In this document: in pieces, positions 48,175 through 57,211 of the stretch
How positions within the stretch are numbered: position 1 is the stretch's first letter
How the letters are laid out: the number at the start of each line of letters is the position of its first letter
Assembly (NCBI GenBank): GCA_035762545.1
Contig: DASTOM010000024.1
Location: 81,559 to 145,558, forward strand
Origin: Acidimicrobiia bacterium
GTDB taxonomy: Bacteria; Actinomycetota; Acidimicrobiia; Spongiisociales; ZC4RG35
Direction of reading: 5' to 3'
Length of the DNA stretch: 64,000 nt
Notes under the pieces: generated by a model
Seen by the model: only the letters and a program-made list of their open reading frames with translations
What the model was told of the DNA's origin: nothing
Databases searched by the model: none
Position numbers and translations under genes: made by a program

Positions 48175-49056
48175 GGCACGCATCGCCAACTCCTTGTCCC
48201 CGAGCCGGTGTCGCAGTTCCCGTTCGAGGCCACCGATCGGATAGAGGTTCTGTGGCGCCCGCGGGTCCTTGTGCCGGGCTGACGCATAGCGGGGAAGGGT
48301 GGCGCTCACCCGGGAGGCGACTCGCGCCGCGGTGGCGGCGTCGGTGTCGGCGTCGATTTCACAACGCACCAGCCCCCCGGCCGGGCCGGCGTGGTTGGCG
48401 AGCCGCAAGTACCACGAGTACCGGCTCCACGACGTGGTGGTCAGGAACAGCGGCGTCCGATAGCCGGCGGGCAGACCGGTCAGAACCTGGCGCAACTCCA
48501 TGGGGAGGTACTGGACCTTCTGGGTTTTGATGTAGCCGACGGCATTCTCGATGTCGCGGGCATGGCTCAAGGGCCCGTCCACCACCAAGAGCTCAGACTC
48601 CCCCGCCAGGCGGGTCATCTTCGCCTCGAGGTCACCCATGCGCTGCTGTATCCCCAGCCACAGCTCTTCTGGAGTGGTCCCCTTGGTCGCTTTGACCTCG
48701 TATGCGCCGACGCTGGTGGGAACGTCGACAGCAGGCGCAGAGGTGAACAACCCACGTTCCACCTCGGTGTTGGTGATGTGGGCGGTGCCGTTGCACCTGA
48801 CCACGCCAGCGGCGTAGGTGGCTGCCAGCGCAAAACCGGGGAAGTCGGGAGGCTGATCGATCCAGAGCGTCGCATCGACCCGTCGCACCCCGTCGACGAA
48901 CAGGACGTCACCGACCGGCTCGGAATCGGGGAGAAGGGGCCGCCAGTCCTCCGGTTTCAATTCGACCGAGACGTCGACGTTCTCGCTGGCATCCTCCAGG
49001 TCGGCGTCGGTCGGTGCGCCGTAGTCGGAGTCCCAGGCCTCCACGGTGAACTTCAC
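48133..49056 (-). CDS. Uncharacterised protein translationally coupled to sbcC; hypothesised NurA-like / RNase H-fold nuclease
   Basis: Start overlaps the sbcC stop by 4 nt. Two hydrophobic-strand-DG motifs (VLFVDGVRRV and LLVVDGPLSHARD) and several conserved acidic residues. No HD, HNH or P-loop motif. Confidence 0.45.
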   Translation of the reverse strand: MKFTVEAWDSDYGAPTDADLEDASENVDVSVELKPEDWRPLLPDSEPVGDVLFVDGVRRVDATLWIDQPPDFPGFALAATYAAGVVRCNGTAHITNTEVERGLFTSAPAVDVPTSVGAYEVKATKGTTPEELWLGIQQRMGDLEAKMTRLAGESELLVVDGPLSHARDIENAVGYIKTQKVQYLPMELRQVLTGLPAGYRTPLFLTTTSWSRYSWYLRLANHAGPAGGLVRCEIDADTDAATAARVASRVSATLPRYASARHKDPRAPQNLYPIGGLERELRHRLGDKELAMRALRRASVDLSRLTA

Positions 49057-51413
49057 GGAGCCAGCCTCACGGTGGCTCCGGTCGGCTCACGGGTCACCAC
49101 ATATCGCACCGGAGCGCGCGCCGCCAGTTCTTTGACGTGGGTGATGACACCGACCATCAGACCCCGTCCGGTCAGCTCTTCGAGAACCGAGGCGACGGTG
49201 TCGAGCGAATCGTCATCGAGTGTGCCGAATCCCTCGTCGAGGATGATGGCGTCGAGTCCCGACCCGCCCTTGGCTGCCAGCGTCTCCGCCAGAGATAGGG
49301 CCAGAGCCAGGGAGACCAGGAAAGTCTCCCCGCCGGAGAGTGTGGACACCGACCGTTGCTCGTCTGCGTTGCGATGGTCGACGATCGAGAAGTCCCCGGA
49401 GTAGTCGGAGGCGAGCGAATAGCCGCCGTTGGACAGCTGAGACAGCAGGTCGTTGGCCCCCTGCACCAGGTCGACCAGGGCACCGGCCATGAGCCACTGC
49501 TCGAAACCGTTGGAACGAAGGTGTCCCATCAAGGTCGTGGCCACCGCAGCGTCCTTCGTCGCCTCCTCCTTGGTTCGCGCCAGTTCGACAGAGTCAGCCA
49601 CGGCCTTCTCGTGGAGTTCGACCATGGTCCGGGCAACGTGGAGGGCGGAAGCCAGTTGGACCGCGTAGGGCTCGACCGCGGGGATCTCGTGGCTTTCGAG
49701 CAGCGCGGCCAGGCCTTTCTCGGCTCGTTCGGCGGCCATCTCGGCGTTTTCCACTGCCGTCCGGGCAATCTCCAACTGTGGCTCCATATCCTCGAGCCTC
49801 GCCGTGCGCCACCGCAGCAGGTCTTTCCACTGCACGATCACGTCGTCGCTCTCAGACAACTCCGGCTCGAGATCGGCGACTCGCAACTGGGCCTCGGTCA
49901 GCTTCCGACCGATCCGACGGGACTCCTCGGCCAGGTCCTCCAGGGCACGCCGTGCAGCCTTGACTTCTGCTGTCCGGGCTTCGAGTGCCTCCCGGGCCCT
50001 TGACATCTGTGTCTGGAACTCAGAGACCTTCTCCGACAACTGCGCCAGCTCATCAGGACTGGGGACATTCTCGAGGTCGACCATGACCGATTCCCTCTGC
50101 CGACCGACCTCCTCACGGGCCGTCTCGTGACGGGTGAGGACGCTCCTGGCATCGTCGAGTGCCCGCCTTGCCTCGTCCACGGAGACGGCGGCCGCCCGCT
50201 CGGCCTCCTCGAGTGCGTCGAGCTCGGGAAGGGCGGCTTCGCCAGGGAGGCGCTCCACGACCTGAGTGCAGACCGGACAGGCCTCGCCGGCGACGAGGGT
50301 GCCGACGAGGGCGTGGGCGGCGTGCCGCTGACGGGCCGAGTTCAGGTCGTCCCGGATCTGGAGGAGGAGGGCGGTGGATTCGCCGACCCGGGCTTCGGCA
50401 ACCGTGGCGGCCTCGGCAATCTCCGGCTGATCGAGGTCGGCGAGCCGGGCGTCGATCTCGGCGAGGCGAGCGTGGTGCCGGTCCCAGGAAGTCAGCTGGT
50501 CGGGCGAGGGAAGGACTTCCAGGGCTGATTCGATCTGTTCGATCTGTTGCCGGGCCGTTTCCAGCCTCTCCTCAGCGGTCTCGGCCCTTTCACGTGCATC
50601 GGAAGTCAGTGCATCGAGAGCCTCGAGACGGTCCGGTGCTGTGATCGATTGGAGTCGCTCCACCGAGCCGCGCAGGTGAGCTTCGTCGGTCGATGCCTGG
50701 TCGGCGATCCTGCGTAGTTCTGCCAGAGCCTTCTCGAGGTCTCCAAAACCGGCGGAGAGCTCGTCCAGTGTCTCGAGACGCTGGCGAGCCGTTGCGGCCG
50801 TCTCATCGTCGGGGACTTCCAGGGCCGCCAGCGCCCGTTCCGCTGACTCGGCCCGATCCGTCGAGACCGCGGCTCTGGTGCGGGCCAACTCCCGCACGGT
50901 GGTGTACACGTCGAGGCCGAGAAGGCTGCGCAGAAGTCCCTGACGCTCCGCCTTGGTCGCGGTGAGGAAGCGAGCAAAGTCCCCCTGGGGGAGGACCACT
51001 GTCCGGGTGAAGTCATCGAACCTGAGCTTGAGCAGATCCTCGACCGCCGTGCTGACCTGATCCGCCCCGCTGGCGACGACCTCATCGCCCAGGAGGAGAC
51101 GGGCTTCTTTGACGCTGGCCCCACCGGTCGCGGTCCGCTGCGCCAACCGGACCGCCGTGTAACGGTCTTCACCGACGTCGAACTCGAAGGCAACCCGGGC
51201 CCGGTCGGAGCCGGCAGTGATGGCAGGGGCGACTGCGTTGCCCCCTAGCCTGGGAACCCGTCCGTAGAGAGCGAAGATCATGGCGTCGATGAGACTCGAC
51301 TTGCCCGACCCGGTCGGTCCGGTCAGTGAGAAGAAGTCGACATCATCGAAATCGACCTCGACCGGTTTCCGATAGGCGGAGAAGCCCTCGACCCGGATCC
51401 GTGCCGGTCTCAT
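49053..51413 (-). CDS. sbcC: DNA double-strand-break repair ATPase SbcC (Rad50 homologue)
   Basis: Walker A GPTGSGKSS, long coiled coil with zinc-hook CPVC, ABC signature LSGGETFLVSLALALSLAE, Walker B LDEGFGTLD, H-loop GVITHV. Confidence 0.85.
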   Translation of the reverse strand: MRPARIRVEGFSAYRKPVEVDFDDVDFFSLTGPTGSGKSSLIDAMIFALYGRVPRLGGNAVAPAITAGSDRARVAFEFDVGEDRYTAVRLAQRTATGGASVKEARLLLGDEVVASGADQVSTAVEDLLKLRFDDFTRTVVLPQGDFARFLTATKAERQGLLRSLLGLDVYTTVRELARTRAAVSTDRAESAERALAALEVPDDETAATARQRLETLDELSAGFGDLEKALAELRRIADQASTDEAHLRGSVERLQSITAPDRLEALDALTSDARERAETAEERLETARQQIEQIESALEVLPSPDQLTSWDRHHARLAEIDARLADLDQPEIAEAATVAEARVGESTALLLQIRDDLNSARQRHAAHALVGTLVAGEACPVCTQVVERLPGEAALPELDALEEAERAAAVSVDEARRALDDARSVLTRHETAREEVGRQRESVMVDLENVPSPDELAQLSEKVSEFQTQMSRAREALEARTAEVKAARRALEDLAEESRRIGRKLTEAQLRVADLEPELSESDDVIVQWKDLLRWRTARLEDMEPQLEIARTAVENAEMAAERAEKGLAALLESHEIPAVEPYAVQLASALHVARTMVELHEKAVADSVELARTKEEATKDAAVATTLMGHLRSNGFEQWLMAGALVDLVQGANDLLSQLSNGGYSLASDYSGDFSIVDHRNADEQRSVSTLSGGETFLVSLALALSLAETLAAKGGSGLDAIILDEGFGTLDDDSLDTVASVLEELTGRGLMVGVITHVKELAARAPVRYVVTREPTGATVRLAP

Positions 51414-52549
51414 GAGCCGGTCCCCACCGTTTGGGCTTCGTCGAGCAATTCAGCGAAGAGGGCTTCGACCCGCGGGTCGGAGCTGTCCTTTTCGGCGAGG
51501 TACTTGGCGAAAGCCTCGGTCGGGTCGAGCCCTTGCCTCGACTCGGTGGCGGAACGTGGCTGGGTCGGGCTCTCCAATACCACTTCAACGGCATTGGGGA
51601 TCGCCTCACGCACTTCGTCGGCGAGGCCCACCCTGGCGCTCTCCCGGAGGACCACCCGGACATAGGCGTCACCGGTGTCACCGGCACGGGCCAGGACCTG
51701 CTCGAGACTTCCGGTGAGCGACATAAGCCTTCGACCCGAGGTGAGAGGAAGCTCCTGAACCGAAGCGGGCTTGCCCGGTTCGGCGGTGACCAGCAGGGCA
51801 CCCTTCTGATCGTTGACCTCGCCGAAGTCGAGTTGGAGCGGCGAGCCGGAGTACCAGACGGCCGAGGAGTGCGGCATCTTCTGTTGACGATGGAGATGGC
51901 CGAGCGCGACATATGACAGGTGGCCGGGGAAAAGGGCCGCCGGGATGGCGTATCCGAAGATGTGGGCGGTCCGCTCTCCACCCCCTGCCTCGGCGCCGTG
52001 GACGGTGAGATGCCCGGCCAACAGGTTGACGGTGTCAGGGGTCAAGTCTGCGGTGAGCATCTCGATGACCCGACGCATGCGCTCTTCGTACTTGCCGGCG
52101 TGCTGGTCGGGGTCGGAGCCCATGATGTCCTCGACCTTGACGATGGCCCGTTGGGAGACGAACGGGAGCAGGGCGACCTTGGCACCGACGTCGGGAAGGT
52201 CGACGACTCCCCCATCCTCGGGGGACCGGGCCGTCCCCACGACTTTGACGCCTGCCCTGTCCAGCAACGGCGCTACGGCGTCGAGCCGTGCCGGATGGTC
52301 GTGGTTGCCGGCGACGACGAGAACGGGTGACACCTCGGACAGGTCGAGCAGGGTGCGCCACACGATCTCCTCGGCAGCGGGAGTCGGTGAGGCGGTGTCG
52401 AATACATCACCTGCGACCAGGGTCAGGTCGACATCGTGGCTGTCGGCTAGTCCAACCAGCTCGGACAGCACCTCACGATGCTCGTCGGAGCGATCGCGCC
52501 CCCGGATTCGACGGCCGACATGCCAGTCGGAGGTGTGCAAGACCTTCAC
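51410..52549 (-). CDS. sbcD: DNA repair nuclease SbcD (Mre11 homologue)
   Basis: Calcineurin-like phosphoesterase motifs HTSDWHVG, AGDVFD, VVAGNHD, GHLH. GTG start. 4-nt overlap with sbcC. Confidence 0.85.
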   Translation of the reverse strand: MKVLHTSDWHVGRRIRGRDRSDEHREVLSELVGLADSHDVDLTLVAGDVFDTASPTPAAEEIVWRTLLDLSEVSPVLVVAGNHDHPARLDAVAPLLDRAGVKVVGTARSPEDGGVVDLPDVGAKVALLPFVSQRAIVKVEDIMGSDPDQHAGKYEERMRRVIEMLTADLTPDTVNLLAGHLTVHGAEAGGGERTAHIFGYAIPAALFPGHLSYVALGHLHRQQKMPHSSAVWYSGSPLQLDFGEVNDQKGALLVTAEPGKPASVQELPLTSGRRLMSLTGSLEQVLARAGDTGDAYVRVVLRESARVGLADEVREAIPNAVEVVLESPTQPRSATESRQGLDPTEAFAKYLAEKDSSDPRVEALFAELLDEAQTVGTGS

Positions 52550-52620
52550 GTCGAAGATCGTAGGAAGGGGGTGTGACAGATTTGAGGAACGTCAGGCGTC
52601 GGCCTGGAATGAGTTGAGGC

Positions 52621-52995
52621 TCAGTTCCCCTCGAGCGGGGTCTGTTGATGCAAGACGAGTTGCCAGTCGCCATCCTTGGCCTGGTAGACGCTGAGGATGT
52701 GAGCCCGGTATTCCTCGGCATCTTCTGTTCGTTTCCCAGTCGCTTCATAAACGAGGCCTACGACACCATCTTCGATCGGCACGAAGGTGGGATCGCTCAT
52801 CTCGTAGCTGGCCCATGGGTCCGCCTGACCCATGGCATCGACGACGTCTCGTTTGTCGAGCACCCCCATCGAGAGGACGAACCTTCCGCTGTCCGCTACA
52901 TGGGTTTCATAGAAATCCTGGTCGCCCGAGCTCTGCCAGAACGACTCTTCGATTTCGAGGACATCGGCGAACTCCACCGGTACTCCCTCGGTCAT
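52621..52995 (-). CDS. NTF2-like / SnoaL-like (DUF4440-type) protein
   Basis: C-terminal block YQAKDGDWQLVLHQQTP typical of DUF4440/SnoaL_3. Confidence 0.5.
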   Translation of the reverse strand: MTEGVPVEFADVLEIEESFWQSSGDQDFYETHVADSGRFVLSMGVLDKRDVVDAMGQADPWASYEMSDPTFVPIEDGVVGLVYEATGKRTEDAEEYRAHILSVYQAKDGDWQLVLHQQTPLEGN

Positions 52996-53069
52996 TGGCT
53001 GGGATTACCCGTGCGGGAAACTCGACAAACGGTGGTGGATGAGGTATCGATCGGGATGAGTCGGGGCGC

Positions 53070-54195
53070 TCATCCCGGGCTTCGTCGTCGACGAGCCTGT
53101 CCTTCCTCGATGTGGGTGAGCACGTGGTGGAAGCGGCAGAGCAGGACCCCATTCGCCACAGAGGTCTCACCACCGTCCGCCCAATGCTCGACGTGGTGGA
53201 TGTCGGCCCATCGTGCCGGTCTCTCACATCCGTTCCACCTGCAGGTGCGGTCCCGGGCGACGATGGCCCGCCGCTGCGCCACAGTCCACACCCTGGTCTT
53301 CCGGCCAACGTCGAGGACTTCGGAGTCGGGCCCGAACACGATCCGACACACCGACGAGTCGCAAGCGGTCAAACGAACGGCGTCGACAGCGACGATGGAA
53401 CCGGTGTCGAGGGTCTCGTGGGTGCCACCGGCGATGCCTTGCAAGCCGGCGATGTCGGTGAGCAGTTGAATCTGGGGACGTTCCCCGCCGACCTGCACCT
53501 CGTTGTCGTGGGTGAGATGACAGTTCGCCATCTCTTCCAGGGCGTCGTGTCGGCGCTGTCTCATCGACCTCGGATCGTCAGGAGCTGGCGGCGGCAGATG
53601 CGCGGAGAGGGCGGCTTCGAACGCCTCGCCCGCCAGTTGGGTCAGCCAACCATCGACACGTCGCATTCCATTCACGGCCTGGGACAAGGACAGGCCGCGA
53701 CGGACCATCTGTGACTCCAAGTCGAGGTCACCGGGTCCATCGACCGCCTGCCGCCAGTATTCGAGAGCACGGCCGGTCTCACGAACCGTCAACGGTTCCA
53801 CGATGTCGACCAGCTTCTCCTCGGCCTCCCGATAGACGTCAGGAACGGCGTCGGCCGTCTGGAACAGCTGGCTTGCCTGATCGGAGGAGATGCGGCCGTC
53901 CGACCAGGCCCGATAGGCCGCGGGGGCCGAGGCCTGTCCCTTGACTCGGGTCGCAAAACGTTTGGCCCGTCCGGCGCATCCGACCCACCTCCATCAGGTA
54001 CGTCGTGAGGGAGGGGAAACCCAGATCGGTGAGGCCACCCGTCGATTCGAGGACAGCGACCTTCTCGGCAACCAGGACCTTCATCTGGTCGATCCCCCGG
54101 CACAGTTCCCCGATCTCGACATTGAGCTCGTCGGTGGATAGCGATCGGTTGTCGACCGCCTTCAAATCATCGAGCAATGAACGAAGTTCGCTCAT
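53070..54195 (-). pseudogene. Frameshifted DUF222 / HNH endonuclease (REP13E12-like)
   Basis: N-terminal DUF222 segment in ORF 53839..54195 (MSELRSLLDDLKAV...LMEVGRM). The remainder (ATRVKGQ...AYRAWSDGRISSDQASQLF... then the HNH motif CRWNGCERPARWADIHHVEHWADGGETSVANGVLLCRFHH) is in a different frame. The single frame switch occurs near 53975-53995. Confidence 0.55.
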
Positions 54196-54307
54196 CCCAT
54201 TCCCCTCATGTCGAGAACGTACAACCCGCCCCCGACAGAAACTCGAACTATCAACCCCGCCTGAGAATCAACCTACGACCCAGGTGTGACAAGAAAAGGC
54301 GAGGGCA

Positions 54308-54375
54308 AAAACGAGCGCATACGTGCCGTTCTCGTGCGCTGCGCGTAACGCTCGTTATCCGCTCAAGAGTGTTGA
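54308..54375 (+). repeat. 68-bp element, copy 1 (catacgtgccg-N21-gctcgttatccgctcaagagtgttgatctcgggcgg)
   Basis: Direct repeat of 55089..55156 with identical internal spacing (32 nt). Lies in an unusually AT-richer intergenic stretch upstream of the membrane protein gene. Confidence 0.55.
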
Positions 54376-54455
54376 TCTCGGGCGGTAGGCGACCGACCAA
54401 ACAAGGTCAGCGCGTCTGTCAGCAACCAACTCCTTCGGATGCTTACCTGGTCTGA

Positions 54456-55070
54456 ATGCGCAGGGCGGTCGTTGTTGGGCTCGTTTGGGGAGCCTTCTGT
54501 GGGATGGCGAATGGCCTGCCAGGGGCCACGACTGTGGTCCAGATGGCGGTTCCGTGGATCTGGGTTGCGGCATTCGTCTCGTATCGAGGCGCAGACAGCA
54601 GCAGGCTGGCTGCCGTACTGGGTGCCATCGCGTTGTTTGTAGCCAATGTCGCCTACTTTGGAGTTGGGTCATTGGCTCGGAGCATTTCGGGGCTGTCTCC
54701 GGTCGGCGGCATTCGGTTCTTCGCATTGTGGGCGGCCATTGGATTGGTCATTGGGCCAATCGCCGGGGTGGTGGGCTGGTGGCTGACTTCTCAACGACGT
54801 TCATTCACCGCGGTTGTGATGCTGGCAACGGTTTCGGTTGCTGAGCCATTGGCGCTGTGGACCCACATCGACCACCTCGATGCTCACCTTGTGTACATAG
54901 CTGTCGCGGCAGCTGGCTTGGCGTTTCCGCTGGCTTGGTTTCGACGAGACCGGCGCAAGGCGCTCAGAGCTCTGGCTCTGGTTCTGATTCTGACCTATCC
55001 GATCGCAGTGGCGCTAGAAGCCACGTTGATAGCGCTTCGTCAGATCTCTTCTCCGATGAGACTCATCTGA
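54456..55070 (+). CDS. Hypothetical membrane protein (about 6 TM)
   Basis: Hydrophobic segments throughout. Flanked by a 68-bp direct repeat. Confidence 0.45.
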   Translation: MRRAVVVGLVWGAFCGMANGLPGATTVVQMAVPWIWVAAFVSYRGADSSRLAAVLGAIALFVANVAYFGVGSLARSISGLSPVGGIRFFALWAAIGLVIGPIAGVVGWWLTSQRRSFTAVVMLATVSVAEPLALWTHIDHLDAHLVYIAVAAAGLAFPLAWFRRDRRKALRALALVLILTYPIAVALEATLIALRQISSPMRLI

Positions 55071-55088
55071 TACTCGGAGCGCCCGCTC

Positions 55089-55156
55089 CATACGTGCCGA
55101 TACCGGGCACTTTGCGAAGTGCTCGTTATTCGCTCAAGAATGTTGATCTCGGGTGG
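55089..55156 (+). repeat. 68-bp element, copy 2 (catacgtgccg-N21-gctcgttattcgctcaagaatgttgatctcgggtgg)
   Basis: 34/36 identity in the 3' block and 11/11 in the 5' block. Located 18 nt after the stop of the membrane protein gene and about 290 nt upstream of the methyltransferase gene. Confidence 0.55.
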
Positions 55157-55443
55157 GTCGGAGAGATTGCCAAGCGAGCCCGGTCGCTGAGTCAAGCTTT
55201 GTCGCTCGGGCGCTGGAGTGGCGTGACAGCCTTCTTCGCCGTACTCGCCGCCTTCGTCGTCAGCTACCTCGTCTGCGTCGAGGTCGCCAAGTACTTCTTC
55301 TACAAGATCCATACCCCAATCACGGCCCAGCCTCTACAACGCGACCACGTCCACCGACTCGCCGCCCGCTGGAGCCATCCCCAGCCGCTGCAGCTCCAAG
55401 AATCCAGCCCTAACGCACGCCAACACCGGGTACGCTTCCGCCG

Positions 55444-56214
55444 GTGAGCTTCATCGTTGGGGCAGATGCGTACGACAGATTCATGGGCCGCTATTCGATG
55501 CATCTGGCACCCCAGCTTGCCGATCTGGCAGGGGTCGATGCCGGTCAGGAAGCCCTCGATGTCGGATGCGGCCCCGGCGCACTGACAGGCGAACTGGTCG
55601 GGCGTCTCGGACCATCCGCCGTAGCAGCAGTCGATCCTTCAGAATCCTTTGTAGCCGCGGCACATGAGCGGTACCCCGAAGTCGATGTGAGACGCGCTGC
55701 GGCCGAAGAGCTCCCATTCGCCGATCAGACCTTCGACGCCACCCTGGCTCAACTCGTAGTCCACTTCATGACAGACCCGGTTCGGGGCCTTGGCGAGATG
55801 GGCCGGGTGACACGCAAGGATGGTGTGGTGGCGGCGTGTGTTTGGGACCATGCCGGCGGTCAAGGGCCACTCAAGGTTTTCTGGGACGCGGCGCGCTCGC
55901 TTGATCCTGATGTCGATGATGAGTCGTGGCGTGCCGGCACTAGCGAGGGCCATCTAGCGCAGTTGTTCCAAGAGGCCGGGTTGCGCCAAGTCGAGCAGTC
56001 GGTTCTCGAAGTTGGCGTCGACCATTCGAGCTTTGAGGAGTGGTGGGAGCCGTTCACTCTCGGCGTGGGCCCTGCAGGCGCCTACACCGCCGGCCTCGAA
56101 CCGCGACGAGCATCGGAGTTGCGTGAACGTGCCCTCGAAATGTTGCCGACGGCCCCGTTCACGGTGACAGCACGGGCCTGGGCAGCGCGCGGGGTGGTGC
56201 AGCCTGTCAGCTGA
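55444..56214 (+). CDS. Class I SAM-dependent methyltransferase
   Basis: SAM-binding motif LDVGCGPGALT and acidic post-I motif. Confidence 0.8.
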   Translation: MSFIVGADAYDRFMGRYSMHLAPQLADLAGVDAGQEALDVGCGPGALTGELVGRLGPSAVAAVDPSESFVAAAHERYPEVDVRRAAAEELPFADQTFDATLAQLVVHFMTDPVRGLGEMGRVTRKDGVVAACVWDHAGGQGPLKVFWDAARSLDPDVDDESWRAGTSEGHLAQLFQEAGLRQVEQSVLEVGVDHSSFEEWWEPFTLGVGPAGAYTAGLEPRRASELRERALEMLPTAPFTVTARAWAARGVVQPVS

Positions 56215-56691
56215 TCGGAAGAGCTCAGCCGGCCGCTTGTAGCGGGCCGAGCACCCGGATCGTCTCGATCTCGTCGACGACCTCCACGCGCCACTCGTTG
56301 CCCAGGAACACCCAGCTGGAGAAGTGATCGACCTCGGCCAACTCTTCGGCAGTCTTGCCGTATACCCCACTCATCTCCATGAATGTGTCAAAGCAGTCCT
56401 GGGTGCCCGGATAGAGGAGGTAACACAGATGCAGGGACACGTTGGACCGTGACTCGTGCCGGGTCCCGACCCTGGCACACGTACACGACGCGATCCTCCA
56501 GAACGCGATCTCCTAGCTTGGCTTTGGTGAGCTGCAGTATCACGGTGTGGATGACCGGCAACAGAGTCGACCCAGACCAGATCCAGCTGGTCCGAATCGC
56601 CACCATCACTACCCCAGAAGGGGCGCATAACGCGCGGCCCTTATCACGAAATCGACGAAATCACCCGCGCGCTATCCGGCAATCTGCGCTA

Positions 56692-57184
56692 TCACTCAGC
56701 ACCCTGACGCCGCCGAATCAACTCCTCAACTGGCGTCGGCAGGGTCTCCTCGAAATCGATCAGCTTGGCCCACGTCGGCTTGACCACCATCCGCACCATC
56801 GAGTCATAGAGGGATCGCACACCAGCCTCCCACTCCACCCGCTGCCCGGGCGTCATCTCATAGGTCCCGCTCATTTGGAAGTACTCGTCAGGGATCCCAT
56901 CGGACTTCATCGAGTTCTGCATCACCACGGAGCAGGAGGATCTTCGGCGGATGGCTCTCCGTGTCGATCGTCAACGCCACCGCTGCGTTGCGTCGCAGCG
57001 AGGCAAGCTTCGGAGCGTTGGTCGGGGTGCACATGACGATTCCCGTGCCGTTCCAGAAGATCCCGATCGGCACGACTCTGGGGGTGCGATCCGACGCCAC
57101 ATAGGCCAGACGAGCGATGTCCCGGTTCAGCATCTCCTGACTGAGCGGTTTCGCCAGCATCTCGGCTACCTCGTCACGTCCCAC
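56692..57184 (-). pseudogene. Frameshifted PPOX-class (probable F420/FMN-dependent split-barrel) oxidoreductase
   Basis: The N-terminal half (ORF 56888..57184, RLAYVASDRTPRVVPIGIFWNG...AVALTID) and the C-terminal half (ORF 56692..56928) are in different frames and overlap by about 40 nt. Together they give the usual length of about 160 aa. Confidence 0.45.
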
Positions 57185-57211
57185 GGTGTCCTCCCACCCG
57201 GCTTGGTGGCG

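Noticed and set aside
48133-49056. Considered whether the sbcC-coupled 307-aa protein is a YhaM-type HD-domain 3'-5' exonuclease (the Bacillus sbcDC operon partner)
   Set aside because: No HD motif (H...HD...D) is present anywhere in the sequence. Its size match to YhaM is coincidental.
54857-55447. 196-aa plus-strand ORF overlapping the end of the membrane-protein gene and repeat copy 2
   Set aside because: Most of it is the out-of-frame translation of the preceding gene. Only the last 80 aa (LGRWSGVTAFFAVLAAFVVSYLVCVEVAKYFFYKI...) look like a possible small TM protein, with an uncertain TTG/GTG start. That is not enough support to call it.
56225-56609. Two overlapping 71- and 73-aa minus-strand ORFs
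   Set aside because: I could not assign them to a family. They most likely are pieces of another frameshifted gene in the degraded block. They are reported under findings rather than as features.
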